Below the pieces are notes generated by a model, which had not been told where the DNA came from, searched no databases, and worked only from the letters and a program-made list of their open reading frames with translations. A stretch of DNA of 64,000 nt from Oscillatoriales cyanobacterium (GTDB lineage: Bacteria > Cyanobacteriota > Cyanobacteriia > Cyanobacteriales > Microcoleaceae): contig RDXX01000023.1 in the NCBI GenBank assembly GCA_004292955.1, positions 7,673 to 71,672 of the forward strand, given 5' to 3'. This document shows, in pieces, positions 20,349 to 30,075 of the stretch (position 1 is its first letter; each line of letters opens with the position of its first letter). Made by a program: the position numbers and the translations under genes.

Positions 20349-20392
20349 ACGCATATTTGCTTGCAGATGCACGCCTTACTATCGAACTAATA

Positions 20393-21037
20393 TTATTGCG
20401 ATGCGATTGGTTTCACCCCAATTAATAAAGCGAGTTCCCGCCACTTCCAATAACAGTCTGCATTGTCAAAACCAATTTCTCTAAACCAGCGCAGTTGTGT
20501 TTCCACATCCAGCAATTTATTAGAAGGATCTTCACCCTCTTTGCTGATACCCAGTGCCTCTCGAAACTTCTCATGCAAAGCCTCTGTTGGGGACGCTACG
20601 TGCTCCAAATTGCAAAAAATGCCTCCGGGTTCCAAAAGCTCGAAAATCTCGGCGTAAAGCGAACGTTTGCGATCGTCCTCTACGTGATGGATGGCAAAAC
20701 TAGAAACGATCGCATCAAACTTGCCCAAATCCGGCAGAGGTGCGTCAAAATTGTGCTCGATTACCGTGACAGTATTGTCATCAGCAAAGCGAATGCGGGC
20801 TTTTTCCAGCATAGTTGGCGAAAAGTCGATCGCCACAGATGCAACATTCGGGCGATCGCACTTCAGCAAACCCAACAACCGCCCATCACCCGTACCCACA
20901 TCCAGAATCCGCTTGACATCTTTCGGCACTTCCTCCAACAAAACCGCCTCACCCTCAGTGCGGTGAGGAATACCATCAGCCTTAGCAAGATACCACAAAG
21001 CGTGTTCCGCAGAACTCCAAAGATTAACTTGACTCAT
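20393..21037 (-). CDS. Class I SAM-dependent methyltransferase
   Basis: ILDVGTGDG motif I, IDFSPTML, FDAIVSSFAIHH. Confidence 0.9.
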   Translation of the reverse strand: MSQVNLWSSAEHALWYLAKADGIPHRTEGEAVLLEEVPKDVKRILDVGTGDGRLLGLLKCDRPNVASVAIDFSPTMLEKARIRFADDNTVTVIEHNFDAPLPDLGKFDAIVSSFAIHHVEDDRKRSLYAEIFELLEPGGIFCNLEHVASPTEALHEKFREALGISKEGEDPSNKLLDVETQLRWFREIGFDNADCYWKWRELALLIGVKPIASQ

Positions 21038-21166
21038 AAACAGTTGACAGTTGACAGTTGACAGTTGACAGTTGACAGATGAGTGCGAGGTTTTTAAGAC
21101 GGGGATTTAAACCTCTCCATAAAAACAATCCGCCCGCACCTGAAGGGGGCTAATAACCCTTGATAT

Positions 21167-21622
21167 TTAGTAAATCTCGCCGTTTTTATGCGTAAAAATC
21201 CAACCATTATCGCCCGCTTTCGCGATTAAGTCATCATCGGGATAACTTGCTGAATCATCAGGAGTGCGATCGCCAATTTCCAGATAAACAACATCAGCAT
21301 TCGAGCGATTCACCAAATGATGCCCGTCAGCATCTCCAGCCGGAAAACCTGCCGCCATACCCGATTTTAGCAATTGCTCACCCAAATTTGTAATCAGAGT
21401 AACTTCCCCTTCCAGAACATAGACTAACTCATCTTGACGAGAGTGCCAATGTCGAAGAGCAGAGCAACTTCCCGGCGCCAACCTCACCAAATTTACCCCA
21501 AAATTCTGCAAACCCGCAGCATCACCCAAGCGTTTTTTAACTCTTCCCGCAACAGCAGATTTAAATTGCTGAGGATAATTTGAGCCTGTACTTTCTGGGA
21601 CATTATTAGGATGAATAATCAT
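21167..21622 (-). CDS. Cupin-domain protein
   Basis: LRHWHSRQDELVYVLEG...AGFPAG...HHLVN; likely start MIIHPN at 21622. Confidence 0.88.
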   Translation of the reverse strand: MIIHPNNVPESTGSNYPQQFKSAVAGRVKKRLGDAAGLQNFGVNLVRLAPGSCSALRHWHSRQDELVYVLEGEVTLITNLGEQLLKSGMAAGFPAGDADGHHLVNRSNADVVYLEIGDRTPDDSASYPDDDLIAKAGDNGWIFTHKNGEIY

Positions 21623-21683
21623 ACAAAACTCCTTCTCTTCTTTCTCTTCCTTCGCGTTTTTCGCGCCTTCGCGGTTCATTTCT

Positions 21684-22163
21684 CTATTCCAAAGGTTTCA
21701 AAGTAGTAGGATTTTCACGAATCGGTTTAACAAAACGGCTGTTCGCCCGCACAAAACAATTACCCTTATCAGTGGAAATCGGCAACCAAGGCTTACCCTG
21801 AGAGTCAGCAATCATAATTTGATTAGCATTATTTCCAGTCACCGCTTGCAAGCGCTGTCCCCGCCGAAAAGTGGTCACCACAGGCCACAGCGAAACATTA
21901 TGTTTATTTTTTTCAAATAACTCATCTGGTGCATCAAGAGCATCTACAGAAACAGATCTAAATCGCTGAGCCATCCGGCAATTTAACCCTTGAGAATCCG
22001 AGTCAACAACCACCCAATTCACCTGCCTGTTGCCCCGCTGTCTCGCCAGCAGCCCCGTATAATCTCCTTGCTGATTAGCAACAGGTAAAGCCAAGGCTAA
22101 ATGAGCCCCCGCTCCTAAAATCCAAGTTACTGCCAGAGAGAAAATTCTGATTTCTGCTTTCAT
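21684..22163 (-). CDS. Hypothetical secreted protein
   Basis: Signal-peptide-like N-terminus; two Cys (GLNCR, GNCFVRAN). Confidence 0.7.
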   Translation of the reverse strand: MKAEIRIFSLAVTWILGAGAHLALALPVANQQGDYTGLLARQRGNRQVNWVVVDSDSQGLNCRMAQRFRSVSVDALDAPDELFEKNKHNVSLWPVVTTFRRGQRLQAVTGNNANQIMIADSQGKPWLPISTDKGNCFVRANSRFVKPIRENPTTLKPLE

Positions 22164-22361
22164 TGATACAAAAAATCCTTAAATTCAGATTAATTACAAT
22201 CGTAGCAAGCTCTCCTGGCGATCGTCCAAGTGCTAATTGCTGAAACCCTTGCTTCCCTTGGACTTCTGTCAACCGTCAACTGACAACCGTCACAACCGTC
22301 AACTGTCAATTCATTAAGAATGTGTTATAAATATTGAGATTCATTAAGAAATATTGCTCAA

Positions 22362-23816
22362 ATGCTCCTTTCCCCCTCTGGCGCCAGCAAACTCAAAGAA
22401 TCCTTAAAAGAAAAAGTATTCTTCGGGAATGAGCCAACCCCGGAACTCATAGCCATCTTACTGATTTATTTCGTCCAAGGCATCCTCGGACTAGCCCGCT
22501 TAGCCGTCAGCTTCTTCCTCAAAGACGAACTCGGCATGACTCCCGCCGAAGTCTCAGCCATGCTGGGCGTCGTCGCCATACCTTGGATTATCAAACCCTT
22601 GTTCGGCTTCATGTCCGACGGGTTGCCCATATTCGGCTACCGCAGACGGCCTTATATCGTCCTCTCGGGGCTGTTGGGAACGGCAGCATGGGTGGGGATG
22701 GCCACAGTCGTACACACGCCCTTAGCGGCCACAGGGGCGATCGCCCTAAGTTCCGTTTCACTAGCCGTCAGCGACGTAATCGCCGACTCCCTAGTAGTAG
22801 AAAGAGCGAGAAAGGAAACAGTTAGCGACGCCGGTTCCCTGCAATCCTTGTCTTGGGGCGCATCAGCCATTGGCGGACTAATTACCGCTTACCTCAGCGG
22901 TTCCCTGCTGCAACACTTCAGCACCCACACCATCTTTTTAATCACTGCATCTTTCCCGCTAATCGTATCAACAACAGCCTGGTTAATTACCGAAGAAAAA
23001 GTCAACAAAAGAACCGACTTTGAAACAGTAAAAGACCAACTCAAACAACTGCGGCAAGCTGTTGCCGAAAAAACAATTTGGTTGCCCACCGCCTTTCTAT
23101 TTCTGTGGCAATCCACACCAAGCTCGGACTCCGCCTTCTTCTTTTTTAGCACCAACGAATTAGGCTTTCAGCCAGAATTTCTCGGACGAGTGCGCCTCGT
23201 CACCAGCATAGCCGCCCTCGTTGGCATTTGGCTGTTTCAGCGCTACCTCAAAGCAATTCCATTTCGAGTCATTTTCGGCTGGTCAACAGTCATTGCAAGT
23301 GCCTTGGGCATGACTACATTATTATTAGTAACTCATGCCAACCGAGCATTAGGAATTGACGACCAATGGTTCAGCATCGGAGACAGCCTGATCCTGACAG
23401 TAATCGGACAAATTGCTTATATGCCCGTGCTGGTACTATCAGCGCGGTTGTGTCCTCCAGGCGTCGAAGCAACCTTATTTGCAGTGCTGATGTCTGTCAC
23501 CAATTTAGCAGGAATTATTTCCTACGAAGGCGGTGCAATTTTGACACACTGGCTCGGAATTACCGATCGCAATTTCGACAACCTCTGGCTGCTAGTAGTC
23601 ATCGCCAACCTCTCCACACTGCTACCCCTCCCCTTCTTAAACTGGCTCCCGGCAGAAAGCACAGAAAGCGGCGATCCAAACTACCAACAATCTCTCCCAG
23701 TATTAGAACCCGAACTGGGCTGTGCAAAACCGGGCGGACAGCATTTCATGCCCGAATACTTTCCCGACTTAGTACCGACATCAATTCCCGAAACCCGCAC
23801 CGTAGAAAGCAAATGA
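22362..23816 (+). CDS. Folate/biopterin family MFS transporter
   Basis: PWIIKPLFGFMSDGLPIFGYRRRPY, DVIADSLVVER, LCPPGVEATLFA. Confidence 0.92.
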   Translation: MLLSPSGASKLKESLKEKVFFGNEPTPELIAILLIYFVQGILGLARLAVSFFLKDELGMTPAEVSAMLGVVAIPWIIKPLFGFMSDGLPIFGYRRRPYIVLSGLLGTAAWVGMATVVHTPLAATGAIALSSVSLAVSDVIADSLVVERARKETVSDAGSLQSLSWGASAIGGLITAYLSGSLLQHFSTHTIFLITASFPLIVSTTAWLITEEKVNKRTDFETVKDQLKQLRQAVAEKTIWLPTAFLFLWQSTPSSDSAFFFFSTNELGFQPEFLGRVRLVTSIAALVGIWLFQRYLKAIPFRVIFGWSTVIASALGMTTLLLVTHANRALGIDDQWFSIGDSLILTVIGQIAYMPVLVLSARLCPPGVEATLFAVLMSVTNLAGIISYEGGAILTHWLGITDRNFDNLWLLVVIANLSTLLPLPFLNWLPAESTESGDPNYQQSLPVLEPELGCAKPGGQHFMPEYFPDLVPTSIPETRTVESK

Positions 23817-23981
23817 AGGAAGAAGAAAGAAGAAAGAAGAAGGAAGAAGGAAGAAGGAAGAAAATAGACTGCGAATATCTTGATAGTTTTCTTTCTGCTA
23901 TTTTTCTCTCCTTTATTTCTTTCTTTCTCTCTGCGCTCTCTGCGCCCTCTGCGGTTAAATCAATAAAAGCTTATTCTACCA

Positions 23982-25493
23982 ATGCAAAACTTACAAACTT
24001 CCCCAGCCAAAACAGTAGCCCCAAACTTATCATACGATCGCAAAGACTGGCAGCGTGGCTACGAATCCCAACCCAACGAAGCCGACTACTGGATTGACAA
24101 CATCGAAGGCGAGATCCCAGAAGGCTTACAAGGCACATTCTTTCGTAACGGGCCCGGATTATTGGATGTCAACGGATCGCGCATCCACCACCCCTTTGAC
24201 GGCGACGGCATGATTTGTGCGATCGCAATTTCCCAAAAACGCGCCCACTTCCGCAACCGATTCGTGCACACCGAAGGCTACCTCGCCGAACAAAAAGCCG
24301 GAAAAATCCTGCACCGAGGCGTATTCGGCACACAGAAACCCGGAGGCTGGTTAGCCAACATCTTTGATGTCAAAATCAAAAACATCGCCAACACCAACAT
24401 CATTTATTGGGGCGACAAACTGCTAGCACTCTGGGAAGCAGCACAGCCCTACAGACTCGACCCCCGCAGCCTAGAAACCCTCGGATTAGACACCCTAGAC
24501 GGCATCTTACAACCCGGTGAAGCCTTCGCCGCCCACCCCAGAATTGAAAAAGGGAAAAATGGCAAAGGAGACAGATTAATCAACTTTTCCGTCAAGCCCG
24601 GTTTGTCAAGTACAATCACGATTTACGAACTCGACGAAACTGGCAAACTATTGCAGAAACACGCCCATGCAATCCCGGGTTTTGCCTTCCTACACGACAT
24701 GGTAATTACCGAGAATTACTGCATATTCTTCCAAAATCCTGTCAGCTTCAATCCCCTACTTTTCCTATTAGGATTTCGGAGTGCAGCGCAGTGCATTAAA
24801 TTTTCGCCAAACAAGCCCACCCAAGCAATTTTAATTCCGCGCAACGGCACTGACGAGGTAAAAATATTAGAAACCGAACCTTGTTTTGTGTTCCACCACT
24901 GCAACGCCTGGGAAGAAAACGGCGAAGTTTTTGTAGATTCAGTTTGCTACGAATCATTTCCCACTGTCGAACATGACGGCGATTTTCTGGAGATTGATTT
25001 TGACACCATTCCAGCGGGCGAGTTGTGGCGGTTCAAGTTAAATCTGCAAGACAAAACCGTGCAGCATCAAGTTGTGGAAACTCGGTGTTGCGAGTTTCCG
25101 ACTTTGCATCCGAATAATGTCGGACAACCTTACCGATATCTTTATATCGGCGCCGCTGACTCTGCCACTGGGAATGCTCCTTTGCAAGCTATTCTTAAAA
25201 TAGATTTCCACACGGGTGAAAGGCAAGTTTGGAGTGTCGCGCCGCGCGGCTTTGCTGGTGAACCAGTTTTTGTTCCCCGTGATTCAGCCGTCTCGCCTGA
25301 GGCTGCAAGGGCTGAAGATGACGGTTGGCTGCTGGTTTTGATGTATGATGCGGCTAATCATCGATCGACCTTAGCGATTCTAGATGCCCGCGACATCACC
25401 AAAGGCCCCCTAGCGCGCCTGCATTTAAAACAGCACATTCCCTACGGTTTGCACGGCAGCTTTACACCAAACGTACTGCTTCCCGAGAACTAA
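23982..25493 (+). CDS. Carotenoid cleavage oxygenase (apocarotenoid oxygenase family)
   Basis: FRNGPG, HPFDGDG, AHP, LHD, FVFHH, EDDG, PYGLHG Fe-ligand motifs. Confidence 0.93.
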   Translation: MQNLQTSPAKTVAPNLSYDRKDWQRGYESQPNEADYWIDNIEGEIPEGLQGTFFRNGPGLLDVNGSRIHHPFDGDGMICAIAISQKRAHFRNRFVHTEGYLAEQKAGKILHRGVFGTQKPGGWLANIFDVKIKNIANTNIIYWGDKLLALWEAAQPYRLDPRSLETLGLDTLDGILQPGEAFAAHPRIEKGKNGKGDRLINFSVKPGLSSTITIYELDETGKLLQKHAHAIPGFAFLHDMVITENYCIFFQNPVSFNPLLFLLGFRSAAQCIKFSPNKPTQAILIPRNGTDEVKILETEPCFVFHHCNAWEENGEVFVDSVCYESFPTVEHDGDFLEIDFDTIPAGELWRFKLNLQDKTVQHQVVETRCCEFPTLHPNNVGQPYRYLYIGAADSATGNAPLQAILKIDFHTGERQVWSVAPRGFAGEPVFVPRDSAVSPEAARAEDDGWLLVLMYDAANHRSTLAILDARDITKGPLARLHLKQHIPYGLHGSFTPNVLLPEN

Positions 25494-25502
25494 GATAAAA
25501 TA

Positions 25503-25562
25503 GGTTTGTAGTGAGGACTTTAGTCCGCATCCGTCAGAGGACTAAAGTCCTCACTACGAACC
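25503..25562. repeat. REP-like palindrome, GTAGTGAGGACTTTAGTCC family
   Basis: Inverted repeat just after the oxygenase stop codon. Confidence 0.85.
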
Positions 25563-25617
25563 TTTTGTATTGCGGGGAATACTAACAACAAGTCAATACA
25601 TAAAATATCCCTAATTA

Positions 25618-26520
25618 ATGCAAACTGTCAACAAATCAAATATCAAAAAAATACTTATTTTAATTTGCAGCCTCGCCGTAAGTTTGGCAATTATCTTATC
25701 TATTTACTCTCACAATGCTAATGCCCAAGAGCCTTACAGCCCCTCTCCAGATACCGCTGTAGCCCCCAAAGGCTTGGTTGAGGTCAAAATGACCGTAATT
25801 GGCGTAGACCCGATTAAAAACGAATTAGAAACCCGCTTGCAGTTCGAGCTTAAAGGTATTTATAAAAAAGGGCCTACTTACCCGGCTCAAGACTTGTTAA
25901 TGACAGTTAACGGCGCGAATGTAGAAGATTCGGAAATTAGCTTTAAAGAAGGCAAACCGATGATTGTCCCGGCATTAAAGTTTAACTTAGTCAAGGGAAA
26001 AATCAACAATTATCCGTTTGACACGCACATTGCTAAAGTAGCTATTTCAATTGACCCGCTGGCTTCAATTGGCAAACAGTTTGCTCCCTTCCAACTAAAT
26101 CCTGTGCCGCTGGAATTTAAGTTTAATGCTGATGTTCCCGGCTTCGATATCAGTTATAAGCCGATGGAAGAGAATTCATCTATCTTTATTTATATCGATG
26201 TTTCAGCAACGCGATCGCTCCCGGTGAAATTTTTTGCCATAGTGATTATTGTGATTATGTGGGTGCTGTCAATCATGGCGCTGTTGCTAGCATTAAAGGT
26301 GATGAAATCGGGGAAGTTACCGGAAGTCGGAATGCTGAGTTGGACTGGTGTGATGCTGTTTGCTTTTCCCGGTATTCGCAACTCTCAACCGGGAGTTCCG
26401 CCAGTGGGAACTGCTAGCGATTTCCTGTCGTTTTTTTGGACGGAAATGATCGTTGTAGTAGCCTTGGTAATTATCGGTAGCTGTTGGTTGAAGCGCTATC
26501 ATCCGCCCATTGATGATTAA
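25618..26520 (+). CDS. Membrane protein, DUF4436-like
   Basis: YPFD motif and C-terminal LFAFPGIRNSQPGVPPVG...DFLSFFW with three TM helices. Confidence 0.65.
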   Translation: MQTVNKSNIKKILILICSLAVSLAIILSIYSHNANAQEPYSPSPDTAVAPKGLVEVKMTVIGVDPIKNELETRLQFELKGIYKKGPTYPAQDLLMTVNGANVEDSEISFKEGKPMIVPALKFNLVKGKINNYPFDTHIAKVAISIDPLASIGKQFAPFQLNPVPLEFKFNADVPGFDISYKPMEENSSIFIYIDVSATRSLPVKFFAIVIIVIMWVLSIMALLLALKVMKSGKLPEVGMLSWTGVMLFAFPGIRNSQPGVPPVGTASDFLSFFWTEMIVVVALVIIGSCWLKRYHPPIDD

Positions 26521-26685
26521 TACCATTTATGAAAAATATGGCTGCGGAAAAAAATTGGCTTGTTTCCACGCACCCTAAGTGTCAGGTGCGTCGCTCGCTC
26601 GATTGTTGATTGGATGCGAGGGATTTTTCATGGCGACGCACCCTACAAATACTACTGACAACTGACAACTGACAACTGACTAATC

Positions 26686-27540
26686 TCAATTTTTGACCTG
26701 CAAATTCTCAATATCCTTAGCGGGTACTCCCAAACCGCGCAAGATAGTAAAAGCAATGATTCGATATCCCGACGGATTCGGGTGAACTCCATCGGCTGCT
26801 AACAAATTTAGAGTTTTTCCGGCGTGTTTTTGATAGGTGCCGATCACTTCCCGAAAAGGCGCATTCAAATCGATAAACAAGCACTGATTTTGCTTGGCAA
26901 TTTCTCGCATCGCCACAACATATTCTTGCAACCTGCGATTTTCTGGGCCGTCGAGAATCTCGCGGATGGGAGTAGGAGAAAGCAGCACGACTCGAATTCC
27001 TGCGGCTTTTGCTGCCAGTACCATTTGAGTTATTTTGTCTATATATTCTGCCAGCGGTAATCCCGCAGCTAGGTTGCCTTGCGGATGAAATTGCAGGTTT
27101 TTGAAGTCGAAAAAAGCGTGCCAAACGTCGTTAACTCCGGCGTTGATCGTGACTAAATCTGGCTTTTTGTCGATCGCATCTTTCTGAAAACGCGCCTGCA
27201 TATCACTCGCCTTGTTACCGGAGATTCCCGCGTTGACGATCTCGATTTTGCGATCGGGATACAGGGCATTTAGATAGCGTTGCAGCAGCCAAACGTAACC
27301 TCCTGGGTATTTCGCCGCTTCGGTGATGCTGTCCCCCACAGTCACAATTATGCGCTTCCCGGCGAGCACGTTTTGGATTTCGGGCGGCGGCGATGCTTCG
27401 GATACAGGTTCTTTAAACACGGGAATTAAGGAGTGAGGAATGTTGAACGCGATAACAGCAGCAATTACGGCGAGGACAAGTCTGATTAACACTTGCTTCA
27501 GCGGGGATTTGGGACGGGGCGATCGCACATTTGCAGACAT
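26686..27540 (-). CDS. SGNH/GDSL-family hydrolase
   Basis: GDSIT, NAGISG, INAGVND, DGVHP. Confidence 0.93.
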   Translation of the reverse strand: MSANVRSPRPKSPLKQVLIRLVLAVIAAVIAFNIPHSLIPVFKEPVSEASPPPEIQNVLAGKRIIVTVGDSITEAAKYPGGYVWLLQRYLNALYPDRKIEIVNAGISGNKASDMQARFQKDAIDKKPDLVTINAGVNDVWHAFFDFKNLQFHPQGNLAAGLPLAEYIDKITQMVLAAKAAGIRVVLLSPTPIREILDGPENRRLQEYVVAMREIAKQNQCLFIDLNAPFREVIGTYQKHAGKTLNLLAADGVHPNPSGYRIIAFTILRGLGVPAKDIENLQVKN

Positions 27541-27659
27541 TACACAGTTTTTGACGAAAAGTTTAAGTTTTGATCTTGGGATTTCCGGGCAAGAGTTTCG
27601 GTGATTAAGAATATCCTAACAGTCTTGGCAGTTGCTATATAATTATATTAAGGGCTTTT

Positions 27660-27700
27660 TTGACACTCCTGATGTGAACGCGGGGGGCTTCCACGAATGG
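27660..27700 (-). mobile_element. Solo IS200/IS605-type right-end relic (hairpin ending GAGTGTCAA on minus strand)
   Basis: TTGACACTCCTGATGTGAACGCGGGGGGCTT resembles the end at 37154. Confidence 0.45.
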
Positions 27701-27750
27701 ATCTGTAAGTCTGTAAAGTTTCAAATTAAATTGATGCTTGAGGAAATCCT

Positions 27751-27991
27751 ATGCTGAAGTTACAATAGTTATTAAAGTCCAAGGGCGAGGATATCCTGGC
27801 GGTGGCGCTGCGACATGGGGCGTTTAATGTATGGGTGTTTGGTTCGGTGGCGCGGGGTGTTGTCGATGAGAGTAGTGATATTGACCTTTTGGTGGATTAT
27901 AACGGAATAAGGATTAAGCCGTTTGATTAAGGATTGGGTTTTGGCGGAGGCGAAATATTTCGTTGATTTTAGTTTAAAGGAGGCTGTATGA
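27751..27991 (+). pseudogene. Minimal nucleotidyltransferase (MNT-type antitoxin) pseudogene
   Basis: Manual translation MLKLQ*LLKSKGEDILAVALRHGAFNVWVFGSVARGVVDESSDIDLLVDY: GS-x-DxD motif, in-frame TAG at codon 6, then a deletion/frameshift; tail stop overlaps the next ATG. Confidence 0.75.
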
Positions 27992-28218
27992 TGACTGTAC
28001 AAGAAATTATTGCTCAGGTCGAAAGTTTATCAATAGAAGATCAGGATCAGTTGTTTGAGCTAATCCGCAAGCGACGGATTGAAAATCGGAGGGATGAAAT
28101 TTTGGCTAATGCTCAGGAAGTGATGGAAGCTTTTAAGAATGGGACAGCAAAGAGAGGAAGTGTTGATGATTTGATCGCAGATTTACTAGGAGATGATGAT
28201 GGAAGTTGTCTGGAGTAG
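27988..28218 (+). CDS. Putative type II antitoxin
   Basis: 76-aa protein overlapping the downstream RelE-type toxin; acidic C-terminus. Confidence 0.7.
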   Translation: MMTVQEIIAQVESLSIEDQDQLFELIRKRRIENRRDEILANAQEVMEAFKNGTAKRGSVDDLIADLLGDDDGSCLE

Positions 28219-28480
28219 TGGATTTAATCGATCTTTTAGGAAGATCGTACAGAAAAATCCACAATTAAAGGATCAAATTACTAAGGTGTTAAAGCTACTG
28301 GCAGATGATCCATTTACGCCATCTTTGAAGTCTCAGAAGTTAGGAGGGGACTTAGCCGGATTATGGTCTTGTTCTGTTGCATATGATTGCAGAATAATTT
28401 TTAATTTTTCTGAAGATGAGGAATTGTTAGAAATGGTGATTCTCTTAGTTGATATTGAAAGCCATGATGAGGTTTATTAA
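28193..28480 (+). CDS. RelE/YafQ-family type II toxin (mRNA interferase)
   Basis: WSSGFNRSFRK...DPFTPSLKSQKLGG.L.GLWSCSVAYDCRIIF...HDEVY. Confidence 0.85.
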   Translation: MMMEVVWSSGFNRSFRKIVQKNPQLKDQITKVLKLLADDPFTPSLKSQKLGGDLAGLWSCSVAYDCRIIFNFSEDEELLEMVILLVDIESHDEVY

Positions 28481-28579
28481 TATGTAGCTGCGCCTTGACT
28501 TTATGCCCTACGGCTTCAAGCCCCTTGATTTCGATTACGATAGAAATAGGACTTACCCATTTCAAAGTAATTCTTTTTT

Positions 28580-29119
28580 TTGCCAATGAGTTCCGACCTA
28601 GTTCCCCTCTTGCCCAAAGTATCACTCGATCGCCGCGCCGGTGCCTTCTGCATCGATGCGATCGCCGTTTGGATACCCAGTTTGCTTCTCGGTACAAATC
28701 CGATCGCCCAAACCTTTCTTTTTGTCCTGCTGTGGATGATAATGCGCGTAGCCATCGTCAGGAAAAACCAAGGTCAAAGTCTCGGGCGCTGGGCCCTGGA
28801 CATGAAAATTTTCGATCCTAGATTCCAACGGACTCCCGGAGTGCAAGAATTGTGCAAGCGCGAGGCATTGCTGGGCTTTTGCGCCGCCCTAGCCTTCGCA
28901 GGTGTAGGTGGGCTCACCTCCACTAACGCGGGCGTCTTGCTGCTGATGTTACCACTGGCGATCGACTGTAGCGTTGCTTTCACCGACGCAGAAAGGTTTC
29001 CCCAAGCTTTTCACGATCGACTCGGTAGGACGATCGTCATCGGAACCAAGCGCGGCTACTCGCTTGACATCAAAGTTAGAAGATTGCTTGACCAAGTGCA
29101 GACAAATGTGAGACGATAA
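28580..29119 (+). CDS. RDD-family membrane protein
   Basis: RRAGAFCID, GQSLGRWALDMK, HDRLGRT. Confidence 0.88.
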   Translation: MPMSSDLVPLLPKVSLDRRAGAFCIDAIAVWIPSLLLGTNPIAQTFLFVLLWMIMRVAIVRKNQGQSLGRWALDMKIFDPRFQRTPGVQELCKREALLGFCAALAFAGVGGLTSTNAGVLLLMLPLAIDCSVAFTDAERFPQAFHDRLGRTIVIGTKRGYSLDIKVRRLLDQVQTNVRR

Positions 29120-29157
29120 TAAATTGTGTTTAAATTAGTCGAAATTTATTTAGAATT

Positions 29158-29346
29158 ATGGCTAAAGGCGTCCGCATCATAATTACCCTAGAGTGTACTG
29201 AGTGCCGAACAAACGCGAGCAAACGCTCCAAAGGCGTGTCTCGGTACACCACGACCAAGAACCGTCGCAACACGACGGCACGGCTAGAACTCAAAAAGTT
29301 CTGCCCCCACTGCAACAAGCACACTACTCACAAAGAGATCAAGTAG
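29158..29346 (+). CDS. rpmG: 50S ribosomal protein L33
   Basis: [11 protein letters not shown]...[27 protein letters not shown]. Confidence 0.98.
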   Translation: MAKGVRIIITLECTECRTNASKRSKGVSRYTTTKNRRNTTARLELKKFCPHCNKHTTHKEIK

Positions 29347-29557
29347 GGAATGGGGCATGGGGCATGGGGAATGGGGCATGGGGCATGGGGAATGAGTAGT
29401 ATTTAAGGATTAATGGCTAATAGTTTCTACTATCGCAGTCATTTAAGAATCTTTTAAGAATTACTGATTACCGATTGCCAATTACCAATGACCAATGACC
29501 GATTACCAATGACCAATGACCAATGACCAATGACAGATTACCAATTACCAAAGAACC

Positions 29558-29773
29558 ATGACTTACTTTCGCCGGCGCGTTTCGCCAATCAAACCAGGAG
29601 ACCCGATCGACTATAAAGATGTCGATTTGCTCAAAAAATACGTCACAGAACGCGGTAAAATCTTGCCCCGCCGGATTACCGGTTTGACGGCAAAACAACA
29701 GCGCGACCTGACCCGCAGCATCAAAAGAGCAAGAATTGTAGCTTTGATGCCCTTCGTAAACCAAGAAGGCTAA
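29558..29773 (+). CDS. rpsR: 30S ribosomal protein S18
   Basis: [26 protein letters not shown]. Confidence 0.98.
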   Translation: MTYFRRRVSPIKPGDPIDYKDVDLLKKYVTERGKILPRRITGLTAKQQRDLTRSIKRARIVALMPFVNQEG

Positions 29774-29812
29774 TTGGATTTTGGATTTTAGATTTTAGAT
29801 TTTGGACAAAAA

Positions 29813-29908
29813 TAGGACTTACGCGAAAACAACGTCTTTTTGTCGCAAGCGATGGTAGCTAATAGCTGGCAATATTTGGTATTGAGTCGCTGGTGCGTAA
29901 GTCTTAAT
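29813..29908. mobile_element. MITE-like element with AGGACTTACGC / GCGTAAGTCTT ends
   Basis: Inverted ends seen; related left end at about 54720. Confidence 0.55.
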
Positions 29909-30075
29909 CAAAATCTCAAAAGTTAAAAATTAAAGCACAAAAAGCAGAACTTTTTAGATGTTAGTTTTGACAATTGATTTAAAAAATGTAAACATCCAAA
30001 ATCTAAAATCGGAAGCAAAGAAACTCGATAAGTGGCAACTGTAAAAATCCAAAATCTCAAAAATAAAGCGGGCAA

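Noticed and set aside
27772-28002. Minus-strand 76-aa ORF
   Set aside because: Antisense to the recognisable MNT pseudogene
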